Shown piece by piece: positions 9,134-18,447 of a stretch of DNA of 64,000 nt (position 1 is the stretch's first letter; each line of letters begins with the position of its first letter). Source of the stretch: Mycobacterium sp. (GTDB lineage: Bacteria > Actinomycetota > Actinomycetes > Mycobacteriales > Mycobacteriaceae). Where the stretch lies: positions 8,599 through 72,598 of the forward strand of contig JAGQTU010000011.1 in NCBI GenBank assembly GCA_020438865.1. Reading direction: 5' to 3'. A program made the position numbers and the translations under genes. Under the pieces are notes generated by a model, which did not search any database, had not been told where the DNA came from, and worked only from the letters and a program-made list of their open reading frames with translations.

Positions 9134-9718
9134 TCAGCCTCCCAGCATCTGGTTCATCTGGTCGATCTCGGTCTGCTGCGCGGTGATGATGTTCTTGGCC
9201 AGCGCGATCATGTCGGGGCTCTGCCCGGCGGCGACCTCGGTGTTGGCCATCTCGATGGCGCCCTGATGGTGACCGATCATCGACTGCAGCCAGAGTTTGT
9301 CGAAGTCGGCGCCCCGCAGCAACTTGAGTTTCGTCATGGTGGCATCGTCGACCATCCCGGTCATCGGCATGCCGTGGTCGGCGTGTTGCGGCTCGGCCTC
9401 CCACTGCGCCAACAGGGCCTTCATCGCACCGATCTCGGGCAGTTGTTGGGCGGCGATGGCGTCGGCCAATTTGGTCACGGCCGGGTCGGTGGTCCGCCCG
9501 GGCACCAGCGCGGCGAGCTCCAGGGCCTGCTGATGGTGCGGGATCATCATCTGCGCGAACATCACGTCCTGGGCGTTGTGCGAGGCCACCGGCGGGGCGG
9601 CGGTGGTAGACGATGCGGCGTGCTGGCCGTGGTCCTCGGTCTTGGTGCAGGCCGAGACGGCGGCGACGGCGGCGAGTGCGGCGATAGAACCCACGATCCG
9701 GGTGCTGATTGACGGCAT
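9134..9718 (-). CDS. DUF305 (CopM-like) His/Met-rich lipoprotein
   Basis: Lipobox VSAC; two MIxHHxxA repeats (MMIPHHQQA, MIGHHQGA); HADHGMPMTGM; ATG 9718 lies 7 nt after TAGGGT. Confidence 0.88.
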   Translation of the reverse strand: MPSISTRIVGSIAALAAVAAVSACTKTEDHGQHAASSTTAAPPVASHNAQDVMFAQMMIPHHQQALELAALVPGRTTDPAVTKLADAIAAQQLPEIGAMKALLAQWEAEPQHADHGMPMTGMVDDATMTKLKLLRGADFDKLWLQSMIGHHQGAIEMANTEVAAGQSPDMIALAKNIITAQQTEIDQMNQMLGG

Positions 9719-9736
9719 GACCGCCACCCTACCCGA

Positions 9737-9751
9737 TACCCCCTTGGGGTA
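9737..9751. promoter_or_regulatory. RicR/CsoR operator TACCC-N5-GGGTA
   Basis: Sequence TACCC-CCTTG-GGGTA matches the known RicR palindrome and sits in the -35/-10 region of the DUF305-ricR promoter. Confidence 0.85.
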
Positions 9752-9824
9752 TGGGAATCGGATCTCGTGATCCCTTCGGGCGACGCGTAGTTGTGGCCGA
9801 TCGCCACACCGGCATACTTGTCCG

Positions 9825-11522
9825 GTGAGCAAAACCCCGGACCTGAAACCACGCAGCCGCGACGTCACCGACGGCTTGGAGAAGGCCGCTGCGCGCGGGA
9901 TGCTGCGCGCGGTCGGCATGGGCGACGATGACTTCGCCAAGCCGCAGATCGGGGTGGCGTCCTCGTGGAACGAGATCACCCCGTGCAACCTGTCGCTGGA
10001 TAGGCTGGCCAAGGCCGTCAAGGAAGGCGTGTTCGAGGCCGGCGGCTATCCGCTGGAGTTCGGCACCATCTCGGTGTCCGACGGCATCTCGATGGGTCAC
10101 GAGGGCATGCACTTCTCGCTGGTGTCCCGCGAGATCATCGCCGACAGCGTCGAGACGGTCATGATGGCCGAGCGCCTGGACGGTTCGGTGTTGTTGGCCG
10201 GCTGCGACAAATCGCTGCCCGGCATGCTGATGGCCGCCGCGCGCCTCGACCTGGCCGCGGTTTTCCTCTATGCGGGTTCGATCCTGCCGGGCAAGGCGAA
10301 GCTGTCCGACGGCACGGAGATGGACGTGACCATCATCGACGCCTTCGAGGCCGTCGGGGCGTGCGCGCGCGGCCTGATGCCCCGCGAGGACGTCGACGCC
10401 ATCGAGCGGGCGATCTGCCCGGGTGAGGGTGCCTGCGGCGGCATGTACACCGCCAACACCATGGCCAGTGCCGCTGAGGCGCTGGGGATGTCGCTGCCCG
10501 GCAGCGCCGCTCCCCCGGCCACCGACCGGCGCCGCGACGGGTACGCCCGGGCCAGCGGCCGGGCCGTGGTCGAATTGCTGCGCCGCGGCATCACCGCCCG
10601 CGATATCCTCACCAAGGAGGCCTTCGAGAACGCCATCGCGGTGGTGATGGCGTTCGGGGGTTCCACCAACGCGGTGCTGCACCTGCTGGCCATCGCCCAC
10701 GAGGCCGGCGTCGAGCTCTCGCTGGCGGACTTCACCCGGGTCGGCGCCAAGGTGCCGCACCTGGCCGACGTCAAACCGTTCGGCAAGCACGTGATGTTCG
10801 ACGTCGACCGCATCGGCGGCGTCCCGGTGGTCATGAAGGCCCTGTTGGACGCGGGCCTGTTGCACGGTGACGTGCTCACGGTGACCGGAAAGACCATGGC
10901 GGAGAACCTCGCTCACATCGCGCCGCCGGACCCCGACGGCAAGGTGCTGCGCGCGCTGGGCAACCCGATCCATCCCACCGGCGGTATCACGATCCTGCAC
11001 GGCTCGCTCGCCCCCGAGGGCGCGGTGGTGAAGTCCGCCGGCTTCGACTCCGACGTCTTCGAGGGCACCGCAAGGGTTTTCGACGGCGAGCGGGCCGCTA
11101 TGGACGCGCTGGAGGACGGCACCATCACCGCCGGTGACGTGGTAGTGATCCGCTACGAGGGCCCCAAGGGCGGCCCGGGCATGCGCGAGATGCTGGCCAT
11201 CACCGGCGCCATCAAGGGCGCCGGACTGGGCAAGGACGTGCTGTTGCTGACCGACGGCCGGTTCTCCGGTGGCACCACCGGGCTGTGCGTCGGGCACGTC
11301 GCACCCGAGGCGGTCGATGGCGGACCCATCGCATTCGTCGCCGACGGTGATCGGATCCGGCTCGACGTGGCCAACGCGACGCTGGACGTGCTCGTCGACC
11401 CGTCCGAGATCGACCTGCGCAAGGTGGGTTTCACCCCGCCGCCTCCGCGCTACCCGACCGGTGTGCTGGCCAAGTACCGCAAACTGGTCGGCTCGGCCGC
11501 CAACGGCGCGGTCTGCGACTAG
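9825..11522 (+). CDS. ilvD: Dihydroxy-acid dehydratase
   Basis: [52 protein letters not shown] motifs. Confidence 0.97.
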   Translation: MSKTPDLKPRSRDVTDGLEKAAARGMLRAVGMGDDDFAKPQIGVASSWNEITPCNLSLDRLAKAVKEGVFEAGGYPLEFGTISVSDGISMGHEGMHFSLVSREIIADSVETVMMAERLDGSVLLAGCDKSLPGMLMAAARLDLAAVFLYAGSILPGKAKLSDGTEMDVTIIDAFEAVGACARGLMPREDVDAIERAICPGEGACGGMYTANTMASAAEALGMSLPGSAAPPATDRRRDGYARASGRAVVELLRRGITARDILTKEAFENAIAVVMAFGGSTNAVLHLLAIAHEAGVELSLADFTRVGAKVPHLADVKPFGKHVMFDVDRIGGVPVVMKALLDAGLLHGDVLTVTGKTMAENLAHIAPPDPDGKVLRALGNPIHPTGGITILHGSLAPEGAVVKSAGFDSDVFEGTARVFDGERAAMDALEDGTITAGDVVVIRYEGPKGGPGMREMLAITGAIKGAGLGKDVLLLTDGRFSGGTTGLCVGHVAPEAVDGGPIAFVADGDRIRLDVANATLDVLVDPSEIDLRKVGFTPPPPRYPTGVLAKYRKLVGSAANGAVCD

Positions 11523-11528
11523 CGGACC

Positions 11529-12308
11529 TCAGGCCGCCAGCGCGCGGTGCAGGTCGGGCAGGAACGCGGCCAGGTGGTTCATCTCCTGGGCGCAGTGCAC
11601 CATCAGGTCGCGCGGATCGGGCAGTTGGCGGGCCGCGACCGGGCGGACGGCCCGGTCGGCGAGCCGGTTGCCGCCGCGGACCGCCACGTGCCGGCCACCC
11701 ATCCAGAACCGCGACCGCATCTCGCTCCCGGTGCCGGTCGGGCGGACGTGGTGGACGAACCATCCGATGTCGACCGGGACGTCCGAGGAGCCCAGCCGCG
11801 CGCACACCGCGATGCCATCACCGAGCCGGGCCGGATCGAGTCCCAGCACCGACGGCTCCACGAAGGCGATTGCGCCCCTGGTGAATCGGGAGCCGATGTA
11901 CTCCTCGATCAGCGACGTGCGCCCGACGTACCGGCCGTCGGGGCCGTCGTCGTCCCAGCGCGCCGAGACGTGCGCCCGCGGATGCCACAGCTTGTAGCGG
12001 CGCGCGTCGCTGCCGTGCCAGCCGAACCACCACGTCCACATCGCCGGGGTGACGCCGGGCATGTCGGTGCGCGCCGACACCTGGATGCCGCCGTCGCGCA
12101 GGTGACCGTAGCCGTTCTCGGTCGGCTGGTACCCGTCGTCGAGAATGCTTGCCGCGGAGTCGAAGTCGAGTAGCACGGGTTCGGCCTGGGGGCCGTGTTC
12201 GAGCGCGGTGGCGATGTGGCTGGCCAGCGGGTCCATCTCGGGGCGGAAGAACGATCCCCATTCGGTGTCGGCGTCACCAGCGCGGTAGCCGAGGTAGGTT
12301 CCGGCCAT
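11529..12308 (-). CDS. PhlG-like 2,4-diacetylphloroglucinol (C-C) hydrolase
   Basis: WWFGWH, YKLWHPRAH, IEEYIG, MRSRFW, HCAQEMNHL motifs of the DAPG hydrolase family; ATG overlaps the upstream TGA (TGATG). Confidence 0.82.
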   Translation of the reverse strand: MAGTYLGYRAGDADTEWGSFFRPEMDPLASHIATALEHGPQAEPVLLDFDSAASILDDGYQPTENGYGHLRDGGIQVSARTDMPGVTPAMWTWWFGWHGSDARRYKLWHPRAHVSARWDDDGPDGRYVGRTSLIEEYIGSRFTRGAIAFVEPSVLGLDPARLGDGIAVCARLGSSDVPVDIGWFVHHVRPTGTGSEMRSRFWMGGRHVAVRGGNRLADRAVRPVAARQLPDPRDLMVHCAQEMNHLAAFLPDLHRALAA

Positions 12309-13648
12309 CAGACCCGGCCCATCCAAGGGTAGAACCGCCCGTCTGGGTCGTAGTCGGCGCGGATCCGGTCCAACCGGGCCATGTTCGCATCGGTGACGAA
12401 CTTCGCAGGCCGGGCGCCGAGGTTCTCGTCGGCGAGTTGGATGCCACTGGCCAGCGGGGCCATGGCGGCCATGTTCGAGCGCGGCCAGTCGGCGTACATC
12501 TCGTCGTCGGCGGCGTCGCGCCAACCGCTGTAGAGCGCCAGATACGCCTCGTCCTCGAGGCTGTATGCCATGTCCTGCCGGGCCGGCGAGGGACCCCAGA
12601 CCAGCCACAGGAAGTGCGACGGATGGGGCGGCATGGTGTCGATGATCCGGTGGATGCCGGGCAGCAGCTCCTCGGCCGAGGCCGAGGTCCACATGTTGTC
12701 GGCGGTGTAGCGATGGTCCTCGAGGTAGTTGCTCATCACCGCGGTGTACCAGTCCGGCAGTCCCATCGGCACATACGGCATGGCCACCAGCGCCTTGTCG
12801 ACGATGGGACAGCGGTCCAGAATGGCGAACGCCGCCCGGGCCTCGTCCTCGGTGTCGGCGAACACCGGGGAGGCGAGCACGATGGCCGGGCGGTCGATAC
12901 CGGCGTTGGGCACGGTCTTGGAGGCGACGATCTGGACCTCGACCCGCCGGTCGACGTCGGCGGTGATCTCGCGGGCCCAGGTGTAGATCTCGTCGGCGTA
13001 CTCCATCGGGTAGGCATAGAAGCTGCTGGCCAGGATCGGCGACTTCGGATAGAGCTTGAGATGGAAGGCCGTCACCACGGCGAAGAAGCCCGGCCCCGAA
13101 CCCCTTGCCGCCCAATACAAGTCGGGGTGGTGCTCGGCGTCGATGTACAGCTCGTCACCGTCCGCGGTGACCACGTCGAGGCCAATGACGCTCTCACACG
13201 CCGGTCCGTACACCCGGCTGTTCCAGCCGTACCCGCCCTGGAGCAGGTAGCCGCCGATGCGCACGCCCTTGCAGTGGCCGGCGGGGAAGAACAGCCCGAG
13301 CGCATCGAGCTCGGCCGCCAGGACGCTGCCGCCCTTGCCGGGTCCGACCACCGCGACCTTCTTGTCGGCGTCGACGGCGGTCTGCTCCAGGCGGCTCACG
13401 TCGAGCAGCACCGCGCCGTCGCGCAGATGGTTGGCCGCCCAGCTGTGGCCGCCGGACTTGATGCTGACCTTCTTGCCGTTGGCCTTGGCGTAGCGCACGG
13501 TGGCGACCACGTCCTCGGCGTCGACCGCCTGCACGATGACGTCCGGGTAGCGGTCCGGCACCCGCTGATTCCACACCGTCGCCCGACGTGCGGGTTCATA
13601 CCCGTCATCGCCGCGGAAGAAGTGCCGCCCGTCGGGAAGTGCCGCCAT
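12308..13648 (-). CDS. FAD-linked oxidase (VAO/BBE-like FAD_binding_4 family)
   Basis: SGGHSW covalent-FAD His motif, VRIGGYLLQGGYG, WAARGSG, YDPDGRF; GGAGG RBS before ATG 13648. Confidence 0.88.
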   Translation of the reverse strand: MAALPDGRHFFRGDDGYEPARRATVWNQRVPDRYPDVIVQAVDAEDVVATVRYAKANGKKVSIKSGGHSWAANHLRDGAVLLDVSRLEQTAVDADKKVAVVGPGKGGSVLAAELDALGLFFPAGHCKGVRIGGYLLQGGYGWNSRVYGPACESVIGLDVVTADGDELYIDAEHHPDLYWAARGSGPGFFAVVTAFHLKLYPKSPILASSFYAYPMEYADEIYTWAREITADVDRRVEVQIVASKTVPNAGIDRPAIVLASPVFADTEDEARAAFAILDRCPIVDKALVAMPYVPMGLPDWYTAVMSNYLEDHRYTADNMWTSASAEELLPGIHRIIDTMPPHPSHFLWLVWGPSPARQDMAYSLEDEAYLALYSGWRDAADDEMYADWPRSNMAAMAPLASGIQLADENLGARPAKFVTDANMARLDRIRADYDPDGRFYPWMGRV

Positions 13649-13662
13649 CCCAACCTCCATGA

Positions 13663-13699
13663 TTCGCATTGCGAACTATTATGATCCGCTATACGGAAC
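13663..13699. promoter_or_regulatory. Tandem IclR/PobR-type operator half-palindromes
   Basis: TTCG-CATTG-CGAAC (13663-13676) and TCCG-CTATA-CGGAAC (13685-13699), centres 22 bp apart, between the divergent oxidase and IclR genes. Confidence 0.6.
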
Positions 13700-13737
13700 A
13701 ATAGTCCCACACCACCGCGAGGGGAAGGGGTCAGCCG

Positions 13738-14469
13738 ATGGCGCCGCGCACCGCTGCCCGCGACGACGGCATCCAGGTGCTGCGGCGGGCCGCCGCCGCG
13801 CTCGACGAGATCGCCACCGCTCCGGGCCGGCTGCGGCTGGTCGATCTGCAGGATCGGCTCGGGCTGGCCAAGTCGACGGTGCGCCGGCTGCTGGTCGGCC
13901 TCGTCGAGATCGGTTTCGCCGCGGTCGACGACGACGGCCGGATCAGCCTCGGCGGGCGGCTGCTCGGGCTGGGCAGCGCGGATGCCGCCCAGATCGCGAC
14001 CACCTTCCGGCCCACCCTGGAGCGGGTCGCCGAGCTGACCGGCGAGACCGTGGACCTGTCCATCCTGCGCGCCGGGCAGATGTGGTTCATCGACCAGATC
14101 GAGTCCGCGCATCGGCTCCGCGCGGTCTCGGCCGTCGGCGAACGCTTTCCGCTGCACGACACCGCCAACGGCAAGGCGGCGCTGGCATTGCTCGGCGCGG
14201 CCGAGGTGGACGATCTGCTGACCCACGTCGCGGCCGATCGGGCCGACATCTTGCGGGCCGAGCTGGCCGAAATTCGGGCCGGCCGCATCGCGTTCGACCG
14301 CGACGAGCACACCGCGGGGATCTCGGCCGCCGGGGTTGCGGGCCGGGCGGCCGGCGGCAACGTCGTCGCCATCTCGGTACCGGCTCCCACCGACCGTTTC
14401 GCGGCCAACGAGAAGCGCATCGTGGCCGCACTGCGCTCGGCGCTCGCCGCGCCGGCCTGGCTGGGCTGA
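13738..14469 (+). CDS. IclR-family transcriptional regulator
   Basis: N-terminal HTH LGLAKSTVRRLL; effector domain GETVDLS, TANGKAALA, EHTAGISA. Confidence 0.92.
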   Translation: MAPRTAARDDGIQVLRRAAAALDEIATAPGRLRLVDLQDRLGLAKSTVRRLLVGLVEIGFAAVDDDGRISLGGRLLGLGSADAAQIATTFRPTLERVAELTGETVDLSILRAGQMWFIDQIESAHRLRAVSAVGERFPLHDTANGKAALALLGAAEVDDLLTHVAADRADILRAELAEIRAGRIAFDRDEHTAGISAAGVAGRAAGGNVVAISVPAPTDRFAANEKRIVAALRSALAAPAWLG

Positions 14470-14512
14470 CCGGGGCTTGCCAGCGGTTGCGCGGTGGGAC
14501 ACAGTGGCTGAC

Positions 14513-16735
14513 ATGAGCCGTACCGCGTTGCGTATCTGCCCGATCTGCGAGGCCACCTGCGGGCTGGTCCTGACCATCGACGACGCCGGGCGGGTCGACT
14601 CCGCCCGCGGCGATCGCGATGACGTGTTCAGCCACGGCTTCATCTGTCCGAAGGGCGCGAGCTTCCCCGAACTCGACAACGACCCCGACCGGCTGGACGG
14701 GCCGCTGATCCGCCGTGACGGCGAGCTGGTTGCGGTCGGCTGGGACGAGGCGTTCGCCGCGGCCGCCGAAGGACTGCGGCGCGTCATCGGCGCCGCCGGG
14801 GGATCCTCGGTGGCGGTGTACCTCGGCAACCCCAACGCGCACAACATCGCCGGGGCGCTCTACGGCCCGGCGGTCATCAAATCGCTGGGCACCCGCCAGG
14901 TCTACTCGGCCAGCACACTGGACCAGATGCCCAAGCACGTCGCCTGCGGATACCTGTACGGCAACCCGGTGGCGTTCACGATCCCCGACCTGGATCGCAC
15001 CGACTATCTGGTCATCATCGGCGGAAATCCGTTGGTGTCCAACGGAAGTCTGGCCACCGCCGCCGACTTCGGCGGCAAGCTCAAGGCGTTGCGCAAGCGC
15101 GGCGGCCGACTGGTGGTGATCGACCCGTCGCGCACCAGGACCGCCGAACTGGCCGACCGGCACATCGCGCCGCGGCCGGGTACCGACGCGGCGCTGCTGT
15201 TCGCGATCGTCCACGTGCTCTTCGACGAGGATCTCGTCGACCTCGGCCCGCTGGCCGACCACGTCACGGGCGTGGAGCGGGTCCGCGCGGCCGCCGCGGA
15301 CTTCCCGCCGGATGCCGTCGCCGAGCATGTCGGTGTCGCCGCCGACGAGATCCGCACGCTGGCGCGGGAAATCGCGGGGGCCCCCAGCGCTGCCGTGTAC
15401 GGCCGGATCGGCACCTCGACCGTCGAGTTCGGGACGCTGACCAGCTGGCTGGTCGATGTCGTCAACATCCTGACCGGCAATCTGGATCGGCCGGGTGGGG
15501 TGATGTTCGCCAGCCCGCCCATCGGCTCGGCCCCCCGCCCCGCCCGTCCGGGCCGCGGGTTCGCGACCGGCCGCTGGCGCAGCCGGGTCTCCGGTCACCC
15601 CGAGGCGCTGTCCGAGCTTCCTGCGGTGGCATTGGCCGAGGAGATCGAAACACCCGGCGACGGCCAGGTTCGCGCGGTCGTCACGATCGCCGGGAACCCG
15701 GTGTTGTCGGCGCCGGACGGGCCCCGGCTCGCCGATGCCCTCGACCGCGTCGAGTTCATGCTGTCGGTGGATCCCTACCTCAACGAGACGACGCGGCACG
15801 CCGATGTGATCCTGCCGCCGCCGCCACCCTCGCGCGCCGCGCATTTCGACGTCGCACTCAGCGGTGCGGTGGTGCGCAACAACGCCCGCTACTCGCCACC
15901 GGCGCTGCCGCTGGCCGACGGCCGTCCCGACGAGTGCGAGATCCTGGCCCGGCTGGCGCTGATCGTGCTCGGGATGGGGCCCGACGCCGACCCGAAGCTG
16001 GTCGACGACCAGGTGATCGCGACGACGCTGGGCAAGGAGGTCGGCGACCCCGACTCACCGGTGGCCGGCCGCGACGTCGCTGAGCTCACCGCGATGCTGC
16101 CCGACGGCCCGGGTTACGAACGGCGCCTGGACATGATGCTGCGGTTGGGACCGTTCGGGGACGGGTTCGGCGCCGACCCTAACGGCCTGACGCTGCAGCG
16201 GCTCAAGAACACACCGCACGGGGTCGACCTGGGGGCGCTGCAGCCCAGGATTCCGGAGGTGCTTCGAACTCCCTCGGGCACAGTCGAATTGGCGCCCGAT
16301 GTCATCCTCGACGACGTTGGAAGGCTGCATGCCTCGCTCGGTGCCGAGTCCGGCTTCCTGCTGATCGGACGACGTCACCTGCGCTCGAACAACAGCTGGA
16401 TGCACAACCTGGAGGCGCTGTCCGGCGGCACCAACCGCTGCACGCTGCAGATCCATCCCGACGACGCCGCCCGGTTGGGCGTGGAGGACGTCGCGCTGGT
16501 CACCGGGCCCGGCGGCAAGCTCGAGGTACCGGTGGAGATCACCGAGGCGATCCGGCCCGGGGTGGTGTCTCTGCCGCACGGCTGGGGCCACACCGAGTCG
16601 GGCACCCGGATGCGTGTCGCCGCACAGCATCCCGGCGTCAACGTCAACAGTCTCAACGACGGGACGCTGCTCGATCCGCTGTCGGGTACCGCGGTGCTCA
16701 ACGCGATACCGGTCCAGGTGGCCCCAGTCGGTTAG
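14513..16735 (+). CDS. Molybdopterin (bis-PGD) oxidoreductase with N-terminal 4Fe-4S (Rv0197 homologue)
   Basis: CPICEATCG...CPKG Fe-S motif; SASTLDQMPK; GRRHLRSNNSWMHN; PHGWGH; ATG lies 7 nt after CACAGT. Confidence 0.88.
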   Translation: MSRTALRICPICEATCGLVLTIDDAGRVDSARGDRDDVFSHGFICPKGASFPELDNDPDRLDGPLIRRDGELVAVGWDEAFAAAAEGLRRVIGAAGGSSVAVYLGNPNAHNIAGALYGPAVIKSLGTRQVYSASTLDQMPKHVACGYLYGNPVAFTIPDLDRTDYLVIIGGNPLVSNGSLATAADFGGKLKALRKRGGRLVVIDPSRTRTAELADRHIAPRPGTDAALLFAIVHVLFDEDLVDLGPLADHVTGVERVRAAAADFPPDAVAEHVGVAADEIRTLAREIAGAPSAAVYGRIGTSTVEFGTLTSWLVDVVNILTGNLDRPGGVMFASPPIGSAPRPARPGRGFATGRWRSRVSGHPEALSELPAVALAEEIETPGDGQVRAVVTIAGNPVLSAPDGPRLADALDRVEFMLSVDPYLNETTRHADVILPPPPPSRAAHFDVALSGAVVRNNARYSPPALPLADGRPDECEILARLALIVLGMGPDADPKLVDDQVIATTLGKEVGDPDSPVAGRDVAELTAMLPDGPGYERRLDMMLRLGPFGDGFGADPNGLTLQRLKNTPHGVDLGALQPRIPEVLRTPSGTVELAPDVILDDVGRLHASLGAESGFLLIGRRHLRSNNSWMHNLEALSGGTNRCTLQIHPDDAARLGVEDVALVTGPGGKLEVPVEITEAIRPGVVSLPHGWGHTESGTRMRVAAQHPGVNVNSLNDGTLLDPLSGTAVLNAIPVQVAPVG

Positions 16736-16744
16736 GCGAGTCGG

Positions 16745-17239
16745 TTAGGCCGGGGCGCCCTTGGGCACCGCGTCACCGCCGGCGCGCCGTGAGGCGAGGT
16801 AGAGCGCCCACACGACGATCGGCAACACGATGTCGCTGAGCAGTGGGAGGCCGACGTTGTAGGGCCTGGTGTTGTGCTCGACGAGCCAGAAGTAGATGTG
16901 CCCGCCGGCATCGCCGAGGTACTGCACCGTCAGGACGACGATCGTCGCCAGCCAGAAGTGCCCCCGGAACCAGTAGGCCATGATGCCGACGACACCGATG
17001 GACAGGTCGCCCATCGCGTTCTCCCACTGGAATCCACCGTTGCCCCGGGTGTAGCCGATCAACTCGGCCGTCTGCGGCCCGTCGAAGATGTGGAAGCCCG
17101 CGGCCACCACCGATGCCACGCCGACCACCCACACCATCCACCACACCAGGTGCACGTCAACCGCCTGCCGGTCCCGGTGCCGGCGACTGACGACGAAGCC
17201 GCCGATCAGAGCGATGACGACCGCGATGACCGTGCTCAC
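16745..17239 (-). CDS. Small membrane protein, DUF6790-like
   Basis: Four hydrophobic segments; GFQWENAMGDL and LGDAGGHI motifs. Confidence 0.65.
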   Translation of the reverse strand: MSTVIAVVIALIGGFVVSRRHRDRQAVDVHLVWWMVWVVGVASVVAAGFHIFDGPQTAELIGYTRGNGGFQWENAMGDLSIGVVGIMAYWFRGHFWLATIVVLTVQYLGDAGGHIYFWLVEHNTRPYNVGLPLLSDIVLPIVVWALYLASRRAGGDAVPKGAPA

Positions 17240-17252
17240 AGAGCAGTCCTCC

Positions 17253-17918
17253 CTACTTCACCACTGCGATCGCGAATCCGTCCCAGCCCTTGATCCCGAC
17301 GGTCTGGATGGCCGCGGTGTCCAGGCGGGGGTGCTTGCCCATCATCTCCAGCGTCGCCCGCACCGCCCGCCCCTGATGGTCGTCGGCGGCCGGGTCAAGG
17401 ATTCGCCCGCTGCGCACCACGTTGTCGACGACGATGACCGTGCCCGGCCGGCCGAGTTCGATGGCCCGCTGCGCATAGGCGATATTGTTCTCCTTGTCGG
17501 CGTCGATGAAGACGAGATCGAAGTCGCCGGTGAGGCCGGGCAGGGTGTCCAGCGCAGCGCCCACGACGATCTCCACCCGGTCGGCGACGCCGGCGCGGCG
17601 CAGGTTGGCGGCGGCGATCTCGGCGTGGCGCGGCTCGTACTCCAGGGTGACGACGCTGCCCTCGGCTCCCACACCACGGGCCAGGCAGATCGTGCTGTAC
17701 CCGCCCAGGGTGCCGATCTCGAGCACCCGTCGCGCCCCGCTGATCCGGGTCAGCAGGTACAGCAGCCGCGCGCTCTGCGGGGAGACCTCGATGGGCGGCA
17801 GCCCGGCGGCGGCCGAGTCTGCGAGCGCGGCATCGAGGCCGGGATCAGCGCCCAGCAGCAGGCGGTCCAACAGCGCGTCGGCGGCCTGCCAGTCGTCCGG
17901 ACCGATCATGTCGCTCAC
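17253..17918 (-). CDS. O-methyltransferase (Rv0187 homologue)
   Basis: LEIGTLGGYST SAM motif, VFIDADK, VVDNVVR; GTG 17918 lies 6 nt after TACGGT (leaderless). Confidence 0.88.
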   Translation of the reverse strand: MSDMIGPDDWQAADALLDRLLLGADPGLDAALADSAAAGLPPIEVSPQSARLLYLLTRISGARRVLEIGTLGGYSTICLARGVGAEGSVVTLEYEPRHAEIAAANLRRAGVADRVEIVVGAALDTLPGLTGDFDLVFIDADKENNIAYAQRAIELGRPGTVIVVDNVVRSGRILDPAADDHQGRAVRATLEMMGKHPRLDTAAIQTVGIKGWDGFAIAVVK

Positions 17919-17946
17919 CACACCACCGTAACCAGCCACACCCGGC

Positions 17947-18447
17947 TCATCGCACACCCTCTTTGGTGTAGACGACGCGCAGCACGTGGCCGACCTCGGG
18001 GCCCATCACCAGAGCCGCCAGTTCGCAGAACGTCGCAACGAACCCCGATCCGTGCGCGGCGCCCCCGGTGTCGTCGAGGTGATGGGCGATCTCGTGCAGC
18101 AACACCAGCTCTCGCATCGCCCAGTCCGCGGTGTTGCGATCCGGAACAGCGATAACACCTGTGCCGGAACGTTTTTCGTAGTGTGCGCCTGCCGCGGCGC
18201 GGCGGGGACGCACCTGCAGCGCACCGGCCGGCGTCCACCGGTCCGCGACAGCGGGTAGCGCGAGGACGTCGTCGACGTAGCGCTGCACCGACTGGATCGA
18301 TCCGAACCGGGCCTCCGGGGGGAGGGTCAATTGCGCCCCGAAGAAGTCGATGGCGCGCGAACTGTGTTGGGCGGCACGGTCGAACAACGTGCGGACGAAC
18401 TCCTCGGCGGCGTACACCCGGGAGCGCTGGGTGTCCCGAACCGTCAC
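17947..18447 (-). CDS. TIGR04338-type HExxH metallohydrolase (Rv0185 homologue)
   Basis: RDTQRSRVYAAE start, LLHEIAHHL, HG..F; GTGA overlap with the upstream gene. Confidence 0.85.
   Translation of the reverse strand: MTVRDTQRSRVYAAEEFVRTLFDRAAQHSSRAIDFFGAQLTLPPEARFGSIQSVQRYVDDVLALPAVADRWTPAGALQVRPRRAAAGAHYEKRSGTGVIAVPDRNTADWAMRELVLLHEIAHHLDDTGGAAHGSGFVATFCELAALVMGPEVGHVLRVVYTKEGVR

Noticed and set aside
14470-14512. Co-transcription of iclR and the molybdoenzyme as one operon
   Set aside because: A CACAGT hexamer 7 nt before the ATG suggests an independent leaderless promoter, so the linkage is unproven.
17919-17946. mymT metallothionein at its H37Rv position
   Set aside because: Only about 28 nt separate the flanking genes and there is no Cys-rich ORF.
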